DNA of 64,000 nt from an uncultured Candidatus Saccharibacteria bacterium (GCA_964391975.1 CAYMNZ010000001.1:326978-390977); one strand, 5' to 3'; positions 36,668 to 47,006 are shown, counted from the stretch's first letter. Program-made: numbers and translations. Notes: generated from the sequence alone by a model not told the origin.

Positions 36668-38026
36668 ATGGCCGACCGCATCCCTCCTCAAAGTCTTGAA
36701 GCCGAACGCGGTCTTCTTGGCGCGCTTCTTTTGAAGCCTGACGCTATTCACGACGTTGCCGACTTGGTGCGTCCTGATTCCTTCTACGCAGAGCGTCATC
36801 GCATCATCTTTGAAGCGATGAAGGAACTCTCCGACCGCGGAGAGCCTATCGACATTCTTTCGCTTTCCGAAAAGCTCACTAACAAAGGAACACTTGAGCG
36901 CGCTGGTGGCCGCGCCTACATTGCGGAACTTGCCGGTAGCGCTCCTGCCCCTGGTAACTTCGCCCACTACGCAGAACTCGTCTCCCGTAAGCACGTCATG
37001 CGTTCCCTTATCGGAGCAGCATATGAAATTAACGAAGCAGCCTACGACGATGCGCGCGATACCGGCGAGGTGCTCGACGAAGCGGAGAAGAAAATCTACG
37101 CTGTTGGAAACGCTTCCGCTGCACACAAGTTCACTCCTATTGCCGACAAGCTTGGAGACGCATGGGACCGCATGGAAGCACTCTCAAAGAAAGAAGGTGG
37201 TATCCGCGGTGTGCCAACTGGATTCCCTGAGCTCGACAGCATGCTCTCCGGCCTTCACCCTTCTGACCTCGTGATTCTTGCCGCGCGTCCATCGGTGGGT
37301 AAGACTTCCCTTGCGCTTGATATCGCTCGCAACACGGCAGTCAGACACAACACCCCGGTCGGCATCTTCTCGCTCGAGATGAGCTCCGAGCAGCTTATCG
37401 ACCGTATGCTTGCAGCTGAGTCCTATGTCGACTCGTGGAAGATGCGCACCGGTGCTATCCGTGCCGAGGACGACTTCGCAAAGATTCGTGACGCACTTGA
37501 GTCCCTCTCCAAGGCTCCCATTTTCATAGACGACAAGCCAGGCAACAACATCCTTGCGATGCGCGCCGTTGCCAGGCGTTTGAAGCGCGAGCACGGCATC
37601 GGGCTCCTGATCGTCGACTACCTCCAGCTCATGGCTCCGGTGGGTGCTAAAGCCTCTGATTCCCTGGTGCAGCAGACCACTGAAATCTCACGTTCGCTCA
37701 AGTCCTTGGCTCGTGAGCTTGAGGTGCCAGTACTCGCGCTCTCCCAGCTTTCGCGCGCGGTGGAGCAACGCGGTGGCAAACCTCGTCTATCCGACCTTCG
37801 TGACTCCGGTTCCATTGAACAGGACGCTGACGTCGTGATGTTCATTCACCGCGAGGACAAGCGTAGCCCAGACAGTGAGCGCACGAACATTGCAGAGATT
37901 CTTATTGAGAAGCATCGTAACGGCCCGACGGGACGAGTGGAACTCTACTTCGACGAGAAGCGCGCAACTTTCGCCTCAGTCGATAAGTCAGGTTACGGCG
38001 ACCTCGGCGACGCCTTCGATAACTAG
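36668..38026 (+). CDS. dnaB: Replicative DNA helicase DnaB
   Basis: DnaB N-domain (LEAERGLLGALLL), Walker A (GARPSVGKTS), RecA-like core; 452 aa. Confidence 0.95.
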   Translation: MADRIPPQSLEAERGLLGALLLKPDAIHDVADLVRPDSFYAERHRIIFEAMKELSDRGEPIDILSLSEKLTNKGTLERAGGRAYIAELAGSAPAPGNFAHYAELVSRKHVMRSLIGAAYEINEAAYDDARDTGEVLDEAEKKIYAVGNASAAHKFTPIADKLGDAWDRMEALSKKEGGIRGVPTGFPELDSMLSGLHPSDLVILAARPSVGKTSLALDIARNTAVRHNTPVGIFSLEMSSEQLIDRMLAAESYVDSWKMRTGAIRAEDDFAKIRDALESLSKAPIFIDDKPGNNILAMRAVARRLKREHGIGLLIVDYLQLMAPVGAKASDSLVQQTTEISRSLKSLARELEVPVLALSQLSRAVEQRGGKPRLSDLRDSGSIEQDADVVMFIHREDKRSPDSERTNIAEILIEKHRNGPTGRVELYFDEKRATFASVDKSGYGDLGDAFDN

Positions 38027-38027
38027 T

Positions 38028-38630
38028 ATGGCGGACCGTGTTGAAGACCTCTCCCGTCTCTTTGAACGCTTCCCCGGTATTGGCCCGCGCCAAGCAAAGC
38101 GCTTCGTCTACTTTCTTCTCTCTCTTCCCCAAAGTGACCGCGTAAAGATGGCGGAACTGTTGAGCGCTCTTGGAGCGGACGTGAAGCAGTGTGTAGAGTG
38201 CATGCGCTACGCTAACGGCGGCGGACCTTCTTGTTCGTATTGTGCTGATTCCTCTCGTGACGATTCCATACTCATGGTGCTCGAGAAAGACCAGGACCTG
38301 GCTGCGATGGAGCGAACCGGAACCTACAAAGGACGATACTTCGTACTGGGTGGTGTGCTCACACTTTCAGGCAAGGGCGTGATTCGAGAGAAGGAACTAG
38401 TGAAGGCAGTAGCGGCTCGCCTCAAAAACGGGCTCAAGGAAATTGTGCTCGCGCTCTCGGCAACCTCTGAAGGAGAGAATACTGCTGACCGCGTACGTGA
38501 ACTCTTGCTTCCCTATCGCGACCAGGTGAAACTCACCATTCTCGGGCGCGGACTGGCAACTGGCTCAGAGCTTGAGTACGCAGATAAAGAGACGCTACGA
38601 GGAGCGCTTCAGAATCGAAAAGAGACTTAA
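38028..38630 (+). CDS. recR: Recombination protein RecR
   Basis: Start at the ATG 1 nt after the dnaB stop (MADRVEDLSRLFERFPGIGPRQAKRF HhH motif), C4 zinc finger (CVECMRYANGGGPSCSYC), Toprim. The ORF-table start 37875 is an in-frame read-through of the dnaB 3' end. Confidence 0.9.
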   Translation: MADRVEDLSRLFERFPGIGPRQAKRFVYFLLSLPQSDRVKMAELLSALGADVKQCVECMRYANGGGPSCSYCADSSRDDSILMVLEKDQDLAAMERTGTYKGRYFVLGGVLTLSGKGVIREKELVKAVAARLKNGLKEIVLALSATSEGENTADRVRELLLPYRDQVKLTILGRGLATGSELEYADKETLRGALQNRKET

Positions 38631-39733
38631 TCGTCGTCATCCACTTCCCTGCTCTCGTAGGTGTGGAGCTCAGCAGCGTCCTCTGCCACTTCACGGCGGT
38701 CTTCGTCATCGGGAAAAAGGTCGGGGTCAGCGTACTCGAGGATAAAGGCCACGAGCCACGAATCGTTCCCGTATTCTTCAGGTTTCTTAGCACGGAGACG
38801 TTCTCCTTCGACCATGATGCTTTTGATAGTTCCACCAACCCTGCGGTTCAGTGCATTAGCGATATCCTGATACACGATGTCTTCGTCATCAAGAAGCATA
38901 GAGGCGGCAGTACGGTATTGCTCTGGGGTCCACGGCTTCGGGGTACCACGCACCTCAAATCCGAACGCTTGCCGCGCCTCGAGCGTAAGCCCACGACTGT
39001 AAATGGGTGAAAGTTCTTCACCCCTTACAGTGCGTCCCATCATCGTGGCGAGGCCTGCGGCGACTTCGTCCGTGTTCTTTCCTTCAATAACACGCAAGTA
39101 CGTCATGTGAATGAGAACATCAGAATGGCTGAGGCTCTTTCCGCGACCCACGCTACCCTTTCGCTGGGTGCCTTCCACCATCTCCGGTTGCGATGTTGGA
39201 TACACAAACATTTTGTGCCGTCGAAGCATGTCGTTACCCTTCTTCGTGAAATCTTCAAGTGCACGTAATTCCGATTCAATCTCTGGAGTCTCAGGACCGA
39301 GGAACTCATGCCATTTACGTATTACCCGATTCTGCGTCGACTGAGCATGCCCCTCATCACTAAGAAGTTTCCATGCACGAGCTCGAAACGCGGTAACCTT
39401 CAACTCCTTCTGACCTTGGGCAGTCAGCATCTTGTTGAAGGGACCGATAAGGTCGTTGGGTCCCTTGCCATCGAGATACAGGAGCGCCGCACGCATACAG
39501 TTTTCTTTGCTCCATGTGGCAGACACGCGGCGACCAGCCTTAAGATCTGCCCAGCGCCCAGGCTCAAACACCCTTTCGAATTCGATGCCTCGCGATTCTG
39601 CCATAGCCTCCAGTTCCTCAGCGCTTGCAGCGGACACCTGTTCTGCCGAGAGTTGCCCAATCGGTGGTTCGGGAAGCATCATGCCGCGCTCCGTTTGCGA
39701 CACTCTTCCGTAGGCACCAGCTTCTTCTGTCAT
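38627..39733 (-). CDS. Hypothetical protein (368 aa), acidic C-terminal tail
   Basis: Long ORF with coding-like composition and no recognised motif; converges on recR with a 4-nt overlap. Confidence 0.5.
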   Translation of the reverse strand: MTEEAGAYGRVSQTERGMMLPEPPIGQLSAEQVSAASAEELEAMAESRGIEFERVFEPGRWADLKAGRRVSATWSKENCMRAALLYLDGKGPNDLIGPFNKMLTAQGQKELKVTAFRARAWKLLSDEGHAQSTQNRVIRKWHEFLGPETPEIESELRALEDFTKKGNDMLRRHKMFVYPTSQPEMVEGTQRKGSVGRGKSLSHSDVLIHMTYLRVIEGKNTDEVAAGLATMMGRTVRGEELSPIYSRGLTLEARQAFGFEVRGTPKPWTPEQYRTAASMLLDDEDIVYQDIANALNRRVGGTIKSIMVEGERLRAKKPEEYGNDSWLVAFILEYADPDLFPDDEDRREVAEDAAELHTYESREVDDDD

Positions 39734-39744
39734 GTCTCTAGTCT

Positions 39745-39778
39745 AACAAAAAACCCGCCGGATGGCGGGTGTTTGTTT
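39745..39778. terminator. Rho-independent terminator downstream of rplU (minus strand), also usable from the plus strand
   Basis: aaaaaaa-cccgcc-ggat-ggcggg-tgtttgttt. Confidence 0.65.
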
Positions 39779-40109
39779 AGGAGAGGCTGTCGATCTTAAC
39801 CTTGATGAAAGGCTGGCGGTGTCCACGGCGCTTGAGGTAGCGGCTCTTTGCCTTGTACTTCACCACCTCCACCTTCTTAGCGCGGCCGACTTCCATGACC
39901 TTAGCGGTCACCTTGGCTCCCTTTACTGAAGGGGTACCAACGGTGGTCTCCTTTCCATCATCGGTCATAAGGACCTCGTCAAAAGTGACGGTATCGCCCT
40001 TAGCGAGCTTCTGGGTGTTGATGCCCCGTCCGAGCTTCTCGATGGTAATAGTGCCGCCCTTGGCGACCACGTACTGCTTGCCTCCGGTCTTGATAACTGC
40101 GATATCCAT
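39777..40109 (-). CDS. rplU: 50S ribosomal protein L21
   Basis: MDIAVIKTGGKQYVVAKGGTITIEKL matches the L21 N-terminus; 110 aa. Confidence 0.9.
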   Translation of the reverse strand: MDIAVIKTGGKQYVVAKGGTITIEKLGRGINTQKLAKGDTVTFDEVLMTDDGKETTVGTPSVKGAKVTAKVMEVGRAKKVEVVKYKAKSRYLKRRGHRQPFIKVKIDSLS

Positions 40110-40155
40110 AATCCGGGTACTCTACCGGAAAAGGGCCTATATGTAAACCAGGGGG

Positions 40156-40836
40156 CTACCCCTTCCGCTTCTTCACCCCTACAAATACCGGCCTCCCAAA
40201 AGCTAGCGTATAGGCCCTGACCTGGTCGAGCGTCATGGGTACCACATACCACTTCTCACCGTTCCAGGTGGCCACGAGGTGGTGTGGCAAGGTTCGTTCC
40301 CGCTGTAAGTCTTCGAGGTCGCTGGTCAGAAGAGCAACGTCATCACCTTCGGCCATTGTAAGCGCCTTCATGAGCGTTTTCTCTTCCGTCGTCACCGGCT
40401 TGGTGTACTCATCAAGTGGTTCTGCACAAACATAGGCCCGAGGCTCTCCTTGGGCATTCAAAGCTGGGTGCTTGTCCACGGACACCAGGTAGCGCAAAAA
40501 CTGCTCCGTTGATGCAAGAACGTGGTCGTGTAGCGCAAGCTGCCCTTGAACAATCTCTGGATCAAGAAAATATGAACGACTCTGACCAGCAGGACCAAGG
40601 GTCTTATCCTCTGGGTCAATCTTCCCTGTAAAGGCAGCCGCCATATCATCCTTCGCGTATTTCTTCCGAAGCGCGTCCTTAAGTACCTTCTCAACACCTT
40701 TGTTCGCAACAAAACGCCCCGTACCGAGTGCGCTCTTCGGAAGTTCCCGAACACTATTGTTCACCATCGTAAAGAGCTGCGGAAGACCGGGATCTTTGTG
40801 CCCCGGCTGAGAAAGACCTTCGCCTCTCTTAGACAT
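40156..40836 (-). CDS. Hypothetical protein (227 aa) translationally coupled to rmuC
   Basis: Start ATG at 40836 overlaps the rmuC stop (ATGTCTAA arrangement; MSKRGEGL...); no recognised motif. The ORF-table start 40902 lies inside rmuC. Confidence 0.5.
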   Translation of the reverse strand: MSKRGEGLSQPGHKDPGLPQLFTMVNNSVRELPKSALGTGRFVANKGVEKVLKDALRKKYAKDDMAAAFTGKIDPEDKTLGPAGQSRSYFLDPEIVQGQLALHDHVLASTEQFLRYLVSVDKHPALNAQGEPRAYVCAEPLDEYTKPVTTEEKTLMKALTMAEGDDVALLTSDLEDLQRERTLPHHLVATWNGEKWYVVPMTLDQVRAYTLAFGRPVFVGVKKRKG

Positions 40837-41893
40837 ACTCGTCCTCGTCTGCTGCCGATGGCTTGTCGAGAAGTGTTGGTTCGATTCCTGCCTTGCTCTC
40901 ACTAATGCGATACACGTCCTTGTCTATCTTTCCGAGCTCCTTGTACCCGCTGTTCCAGTGCGAGACCGCAGTACCAAGTGCGGTACCAAGTTTCTTATAG
41001 TAGGTCTCATACGAACCAATGTGCTTGCCGAGTTCCCCCACCCGCCTCTGGATTTCCACAGCCTTCTGCTCAATCTGCAGTGCCTTCAATCCCTGCATAA
41101 CCGTCTGGAGGTACGCGAGGAAGGAGGTTGGCGAGACGATGATGACCTTGTCGCGTGAGGCAGCGCGCTGGATGAGGTTCTCATCATCCCCCGCTCCGAT
41201 TTGGTTAGTGAGAAGGTCGTAGTAGATGCCTTCGCTTGGGATGAACATAAACGCGAAGTCCATGGTTCCCTCTTCTGGTCGGATATACTTTGCGGTCTCT
41301 GCAATACGAAGCTTGAGGTCGTTCACGAACACTTTCTCTGCAGCCGTGCGCTCCGCGCTCCCTATGGGAGTTCCCACAAAACGGTTGTAGTTATCGAGCG
41401 AGAACTTAGAGTCCACCGGCACCAGCTTCTTATTGATGACGATAACAGCGTCAACAACCTCTCCGTTCTTAAACGGATATTGAATGCGGTAGTCCTCAGG
41501 ACTCATGACGTTCTTCAGCACTGTCTCGAGGTAGTACTCACCCAGTATTCCGCGCTGCTTTGGGTTCTTGAGGAGGTCTTGAAGCGACTGCAGCTGTTCA
41601 GCATAGGTCTGGGTCTGCCGTCCTATCTCTTTAACTGAGGTGAGTTCGGTCGTAATTTCCTTGATGAGCCTCGAGGACTCTCCAAGCTGGGTGCGCATGG
41701 TGTCGTGCATCTGCTTGGACGACTCATTCATACGGGAATCAAGGGCCCGTTCCAGGTTCTCCATCTGGCGCTGCAGAAGCACCATCCCGCCCGTCTCTTC
41801 CCCTCCCTTACGCCGCCCCAGGACGAGCCAGAGCACCACTCCTTGGACAATGAGGACTGCCAGGACAATGCCACCAATGAGGAGCCAGTTCAT
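40829..41893 (-). CDS. rmuC: DNA recombination protein RmuC
   Basis: N-terminal TM, long coiled-coil, C-terminal RmuC nuclease-like region; 354 aa. Confidence 0.75.
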   Translation of the reverse strand: MNWLLIGGIVLAVLIVQGVVLWLVLGRRKGGEETGGMVLLQRQMENLERALDSRMNESSKQMHDTMRTQLGESSRLIKEITTELTSVKEIGRQTQTYAEQLQSLQDLLKNPKQRGILGEYYLETVLKNVMSPEDYRIQYPFKNGEVVDAVIVINKKLVPVDSKFSLDNYNRFVGTPIGSAERTAAEKVFVNDLKLRIAETAKYIRPEEGTMDFAFMFIPSEGIYYDLLTNQIGAGDDENLIQRAASRDKVIIVSPTSFLAYLQTVMQGLKALQIEQKAVEIQRRVGELGKHIGSYETYYKKLGTALGTAVSHWNSGYKELGKIDKDVYRISESKAGIEPTLLDKPSAADEDEYV

Positions 41894-41951
41894 CCACCGA
41901 TTATACCCGGAGATAGCGGGAAATGCCTTGCCCTGGTGCTATTATTTTTCT

Positions 41952-42692
41952 ATGGCTGACGCTGATTATTCCATCGTCCCCTCTCCGTTGGTGCTTGATA
42001 ACGAGGGACGCAAGTACATCCTCACCGTCCACGACCTTCCTGCCGATGAGCGCCCGCGCGAGCGTCTCATTGCTGAAGGTCCTGCTTCCCTTTCAACCAC
42101 CGAGCTCATGGCGGTCCTGCTTAACGTCGGCACCACCAAGGAAGACGTGCTCTCTATGGCACGTCGCATCATGCAGGACTACGGCGAACGAGGCGTCATG
42201 AGCCAAACGAGCGCAGAGAAACTTTCGAAAGACCTCGATATCCCTCTCGGTAAAGCTGCCCAGATTATAGCGGCCGGAGAACTAGGACGTCGCTTCTTTG
42301 AACGCACTGGTAACGGTGCTCCCACCATCCGCACCGCCCGCGAGGTCTACGACTACGCAGCCGACATGCGCAATCTCCCCAAAGAACACTTGCGCGGACT
42401 CTACCTTAACGCCCACTACAAGGTCATTCACGACGAAGTGGTCTCCATAGGAACCGTCGACGCAAACATGGTGCACCCGCGTGAAGTCTTCCGCCCCGCG
42501 CTTGAATACTCAGCGGCGGCGGTCATTCTCGTTCATAACCACCCCTCAGGCATCACTGAACCATCTTCCGCTGATCTTGAGGTCACCGAACAACTGATTG
42601 AAGCCGGACGAACGCTCGGCATCCAGCTGGTTGACCACGTTATCGTTGCGAAAGACGGCTACGCGAGCGTACCGGTGCGTTATCACGTATGA
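41952..42692 (+). CDS. radC: RadC-family JAB/MPN-domain protein (UPF0758/YicR-like)
   Basis: N-terminal HhH (ASLSTTELMAVLLNVGTTKEDVLSMARRIM) and JAMM motif (HNHPSG...D). Start at MADADYS (41952); the ORF-table start 41640 is an upstream extension. Confidence 0.85.
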   Translation: MADADYSIVPSPLVLDNEGRKYILTVHDLPADERPRERLIAEGPASLSTTELMAVLLNVGTTKEDVLSMARRIMQDYGERGVMSQTSAEKLSKDLDIPLGKAAQIIAAGELGRRFFERTGNGAPTIRTAREVYDYAADMRNLPKEHLRGLYLNAHYKVIHDEVVSIGTVDANMVHPREVFRPALEYSAAAVILVHNHPSGITEPSSADLEVTEQLIEAGRTLGIQLVDHVIVAKDGYASVPVRYHV

Positions 42693-42943
42693 ACGAACGA
42701 GTATACGCGCTCTCTCCCATTTTCTTTACCTTCCGTGACGCGGAAGACGATCGACGTATCGAACGCCTTGAATTTCATTTAAACGCAGGCGACTACTTCC
42801 CCATGCTCGCCACTATCCTCGGCTTTCTTCAGGAAACCGCAAAAGACTGTGCCAAAGATGATGTGCAGTACGAACTTATCAAGAAGGTCCGAAAAGACCT
42901 TATGCACTTGCACCAGAACTACCGGATAACGAAGAAGGATTAG
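42689..42943 (+). CDS. Small hypothetical protein (84 aa)
   Basis: Overlaps the radC stop by 4 nt and converges on the P-type ATPase; no motif. Confidence 0.3.
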   Translation: MNERVYALSPIFFTFRDAEDDRRIERLEFHLNAGDYFPMLATILGFLQETAKDCAKDDVQYELIKKVRKDLMHLHQNYRITKKD

Positions 42944-45627
42944 GCAGCCTGTGCCCGTGCAAGTGCACGATGTTCAGCCTCTTCCTCAGGACGGATGAAG
43001 AAGAGCCACTTAGCCACCTCGATGGTGAGCATGTTTACGATACCGAAGCCTATAAGAATAAGGATATTGAGTGGAGACGGTGGCACCGTGTGGACGAGGC
43101 TCTGTAGAGCTGGGACGTAGAGTGCAGCAGCAAGCAAGACCGCGCTTGCCGCTAGGGCAATAACAAGGAACTTGTTGGAAAGAAGCGGCATCCTCCAGAT
43201 TGGCGTACCAAAGCTCTTAATCGAGAAGGCAATGAAGATGGTGTTGATAGACACACCAATGAACATCATGGTCTGTATCTCAACGAGCGGAATCCGTAGA
43301 GAGTAGAGCATGAGGTAGATGATGATGAGCATAACGGCAGTCACCGTACCCACCAGCGCAATGAGCTTCAGAAGCTTGGGAGAGAGCACCTTTGCCACGT
43401 CAGGGTCCTTTGGATGGCGCTTCATTGCGGAGGGATAGAGTGGCTCAAAGGCAAACGCGAAGTTCATGAGCCCGCCTTCAATAAGGTTCGACCACAGAAT
43501 CTGGGTTGGAAGAATAGGAAGCGGGAGCCCGAAAATAAGCGTAAACGAAATAAGGAGCACCTCGCTAAAGTTGGTCGAGAGCATGTACGCAAAAATCTTC
43601 TTAAAGTTATCGCGAAGTCTCCTTCCCTCCCTAATAGCGGCAGTAATCACCTCAAAACCGTTGTTGAGCAGCACGAGGTCGCTTGCTTCCTTGGCGACAT
43701 CAGTTCCAGAGCCCACCGCCACACCAATAGAAGCGGCGTTAAGTGCAGGCGCATCGTTCACGCCGTCACCGGTCATTGCAACCACCTCACCTGCGTTAAC
43801 GAGCGTATTGGCGATACGGAGTTTCTGGGCAGGGGCTACGCGTGCAAACACATAATTGGTACGAAGCACCTTCAAGAGTTCCTCGTCAGTAAGTTTCTCA
43901 AGTTCTGCTCCTGTGTATGCACGGTCATCAGGCCCCGCAATACCTGCTTCCCGCGCGATGGCAAGCGCAGTTTCTGGGTTATCTCCCGTAAGCATCAGCA
44001 CGCGCGCACCTGCTCCCTGCATGTCACGAACGGCAGCAGGCACCTCAGCGCGTATGCCGTCTTCAAATACAATGAGGCCCATAATTGCACCCTTGGTGAG
44101 AATCTCTTCGGGGTTCTTGGGGAACGTTGTCTCATTGTGCTCCACGCGCATGATGGAGATGACGCGTTTCCCTTCCTTAGCGGCCGAGTTGAGTGCAAGC
44201 GCAAAGCGGCTGGCAAGCTCATCAGTGAGGCGATGCATGGCTCCCTTCTCGTCTCGCACATGAGTAGCTTGCGCAAGGAAGAACTCCGGAGCACCGGAGA
44301 GATACGCTACTGAGTGCCCCTCCTCTCGCACCATCATGCCGCCGAAGCGACGCGCGGAATCGAAGTGAAGCTCGTCAGTGCGCGGACACAATCCTCGCAG
44401 TTCAGGGCCCGCGATGCCGGTCTTGAGTCCTTCAAGAATGACTGCCTGCTCAATGGGTCTGCCGTGAGCGACCAGCTTCTCTTCTCCTTCCTCAGCGTCA
44501 GGACGCTCTTCTACATACGCATCAGAAGCCAACACTGCCCCTGACAGAAGGAAGCGAGCGCCATCGCTTGAACGCTCGGTAGAGGTGCCAGAATACGTCA
44601 CGTAGGCAGCAATGCTCATCTGCCCCTTCGTAAGCGTGCCGGTCTTGTCGGTAAGGATGATGCTGGTCGTGCCAAGCGTCTCAGCTGCCATAAGGTTACG
44701 AACAAGGCCGCCTGACTTCAAAATGCGCTCCATACCAAGCGCAAGCACCACCGTCACTGCCGCAGGAAGGCCTTCCGGAACGCTCGCCACTGCTAGCGCA
44801 ATGGCAGTGAGCAAGGTCTCATCAAGCGGCAACCCACGAAGCAAGCCAAGCAGAATAATGAACACCATGATGACCGCCACCATGATGACAATGGCGCGGG
44901 CAATCTGGCGTACATCGCGCATGAGCGGCGTTACCGTGCGGTCGTCGTGTGCGAGCTCGGCGGCAATCTTTCCTATCTCTGTAGTGCTTCCCGTTGAAAC
45001 CACAATGCCCTTCCCTGCTCCTGAAACTACGAGCGTGCTTGAGTACGCCATGCAAGAGCGCTCAACCAACGGCGCCTCCTCAGAGCGCAGCGTGGTGTCC
45101 TTCTCAACCGGGAGCCATTCTCCAGAAAGCGCGGACTCGTTAATGGTGAGTGCATGCACCTCAGTCAATCGAAGATCTGCCGGCACCGCAGAGCCTGCCA
45201 TCAGGGTCACGAGGTCACCAGGCACCAACTCCTCGGCCAATATCTTCATTGGCTCGCCATCGCGAATAACGAAAGCATGCTTTGCCTCACTCTTCTTAAG
45301 TGCCTCAAAAGCTTTCGATGCACGTCCTTCCTGGAAGAGGCCGATGACCACGTTCACCAGGAGCGCAACTGCAATGACAATCGCGTCGGTGTAGTGAGAG
45401 AGGAAGGTCGTTGCAAGTGCAGCCAGCACCAGCACCACTGCAATCGGACTAGCAAACTGGCGCAACACACGCGTCAAGAAAGAATCTCGATGAACCTTCG
45501 GAAGACGGTTACGGCCCTTGAGGAGACGTGCCTCAACTTCCTCCTTTGAGAGGCCCTTCGCGTAATCGGTAGAAAATGAGCGAGCGACCTCATCGGCCGC
45601 AAGTGCATGCCACATCTGTTCCTGCAT
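42940..45627 (-). CDS. Cation-transporting P-type ATPase (P2-type, Ca2+/Mg2+-like)
   Basis: DKTGTLT phosphorylation site, TGDN, GDGVNDAPAL, 10 TM helices; 895 aa. Confidence 0.9.
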   Translation of the reverse strand: MQEQMWHALAADEVARSFSTDYAKGLSKEEVEARLLKGRNRLPKVHRDSFLTRVLRQFASPIAVVLVLAALATTFLSHYTDAIVIAVALLVNVVIGLFQEGRASKAFEALKKSEAKHAFVIRDGEPMKILAEELVPGDLVTLMAGSAVPADLRLTEVHALTINESALSGEWLPVEKDTTLRSEEAPLVERSCMAYSSTLVVSGAGKGIVVSTGSTTEIGKIAAELAHDDRTVTPLMRDVRQIARAIVIMVAVIMVFIILLGLLRGLPLDETLLTAIALAVASVPEGLPAAVTVVLALGMERILKSGGLVRNLMAAETLGTTSIILTDKTGTLTKGQMSIAAYVTYSGTSTERSSDGARFLLSGAVLASDAYVEERPDAEEGEEKLVAHGRPIEQAVILEGLKTGIAGPELRGLCPRTDELHFDSARRFGGMMVREEGHSVAYLSGAPEFFLAQATHVRDEKGAMHRLTDELASRFALALNSAAKEGKRVISIMRVEHNETTFPKNPEEILTKGAIMGLIVFEDGIRAEVPAAVRDMQGAGARVLMLTGDNPETALAIAREAGIAGPDDRAYTGAELEKLTDEELLKVLRTNYVFARVAPAQKLRIANTLVNAGEVVAMTGDGVNDAPALNAASIGVAVGSGTDVAKEASDLVLLNNGFEVITAAIREGRRLRDNFKKIFAYMLSTNFSEVLLISFTLIFGLPLPILPTQILWSNLIEGGLMNFAFAFEPLYPSAMKRHPKDPDVAKVLSPKLLKLIALVGTVTAVMLIIIYLMLYSLRIPLVEIQTMMFIGVSINTIFIAFSIKSFGTPIWRMPLLSNKFLVIALAASAVLLAAALYVPALQSLVHTVPPSPLNILILIGFGIVNMLTIEVAKWLFFIRPEEEAEHRALARAQAA

Positions 45628-45652
45628 TCCCTATATGGTACCCTATTCAAAT

Positions 45653-46105
45653 ATGGCTATCCACGATTCTATCAAAGCAAGCATCCCTGAGGCGCTCAGG
45701 GCTAAAGACGAGGTCCGCCTGCGCACACTGCGCTCTCTGGTGACCGCAATGACCAACGAGGTGGTAGCCAAGAAGCGCAAACCTGATGAATTCCTCACCG
45801 ATGAGGAAGCAATGGCGGTTTTGAAGCGTGCAAGCAACCAGCGCAAAGACTCCATTGAGCAGTTTGAGAAAGCAGGCCGTAGCGAGCTTGCCGCCCCAGA
45901 GAAAGAAGAGCTCGCTATTATTGAGTCTCTCTTGCCTGCCCAGATGTCCCGTGAAGAAATAGAGGTGGTGGTGAAGGCAAAGATTGCGGAGATGAACGCA
46001 GACAAATCAAAAGCAGGTCAACTCACTGGCGCAGTGATGAAGGAACTCAAAGGCAAGGCAGACGGTGGAGACGTAAAGTCCGTCGTCGATAGTTTACTCG
46101 CTTAA
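45653..46105 (+). CDS. yqeY: GatB/YqeY-domain protein
   Basis: N-terminus aligns to YqeY with start at MAIHDSIK (45653); the ORF-table start 45635 is only 7 nt from the divergent ATPase start. Confidence 0.65.
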   Translation: MAIHDSIKASIPEALRAKDEVRLRTLRSLVTAMTNEVVAKKRKPDEFLTDEEAMAVLKRASNQRKDSIEQFEKAGRSELAAPEKEELAIIESLLPAQMSREEIEVVVKAKIAEMNADKSKAGQLTGAVMKELKGKADGGDVKSVVDSLLA

Positions 46106-46116
46106 CTCCCCCCAAC

Positions 46117-46992
46117 ATGGTTGAAGAAGTAGGCGACAGCATCTGGCGCATCACGAGCGCGCACCCCGGCACCCACGTGCTCATCTTTGGTGCTATCCAC
46201 GGCAACGAGAAGACCGGCATTGAGACCGTGAAGCACTTGGTAAAGGCCTTCTCTGATGGCTCGCGCACGCTTGCCTCTGGAACGCTCACGCTAGCGCTTG
46301 CCAATACCAGGGCAATGGCCGAGAACGAACGTTGGGTTGGTGGGAAGGATCTGAACCGTTACTTCACTGATGCGCACCTGTTGAAAGGCGTGGAGGGCTC
46401 CTGGGAGGAAGAGCGTGCGGGAATACTCGCGAAGCTGTGTCAGGAAGCTGACATACTCCTCGACATCCATTCGAGCAACCGGCCTGCCATTCCCTTTGCT
46501 TGTAGCCGTATTGATGCCGCGCACGAACGCGTCTACAAGTGGTTCCCGTTTGAGAACGTCATCGAGGACCCGGAATTCGTGTTCGGAGACGAGCCCGTGA
46601 CTTCGGAAGAGTATATGGACCGTATAGGAAAGGTTGGGGTGTGCGTGGAGACAGGGTTGTGCGAGAGTCTTGATAGACTCGATGCCATCATCAAGTCCTG
46701 TGAAGGAGTGATGGTCGAATTCGGACTTCTCAACATCCCCGCACCAGCGCTCCCGAAGAAGAAGCCTGCGACTTACCGTTTCTATAAGACTATAAAGCTA
46801 AGTGCACGCGGCTTTGAGTTCGCTAAGGGGATGGGCACGCACTCCTTCCAGCCTGTGCGCGCAGGCGAAGTAATCGGACACCAAGGAGAAGACACGGTCA
46901 CGCTCGACCGGGACGGCGTCATCATATTTCCGAAGATAAAGGAATACCAACAGCTCGGAAAACCCGTCTGCTATATCGCGATACCTGTTTAA
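46117..46992 (+). CDS. Succinylglutamate desuccinylase/aspartoacylase-family zinc hydrolase (AstE/AspA family)
   Basis: Zn-ligand motifs AIHGNEKTG and LDIHSSN; 291 aa. Confidence 0.65.
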   Translation: MVEEVGDSIWRITSAHPGTHVLIFGAIHGNEKTGIETVKHLVKAFSDGSRTLASGTLTLALANTRAMAENERWVGGKDLNRYFTDAHLLKGVEGSWEEERAGILAKLCQEADILLDIHSSNRPAIPFACSRIDAAHERVYKWFPFENVIEDPEFVFGDEPVTSEEYMDRIGKVGVCVETGLCESLDRLDAIIKSCEGVMVEFGLLNIPAPALPKKKPATYRFYKTIKLSARGFEFAKGMGTHSFQPVRAGEVIGHQGEDTVTLDRDGVIIFPKIKEYQQLGKPVCYIAIPV

Positions 46993-47006
46993 ACTCTAAA
47001 ACGTTG

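Noticed and set aside
43414-45394. Several 130-300 aa plus-strand ORFs inside the P-type ATPase gene
   Set aside because: They are antisense to a gene with all canonical P-type ATPase motifs; their composition is low-complexity Ser/Arg/Ala-rich.
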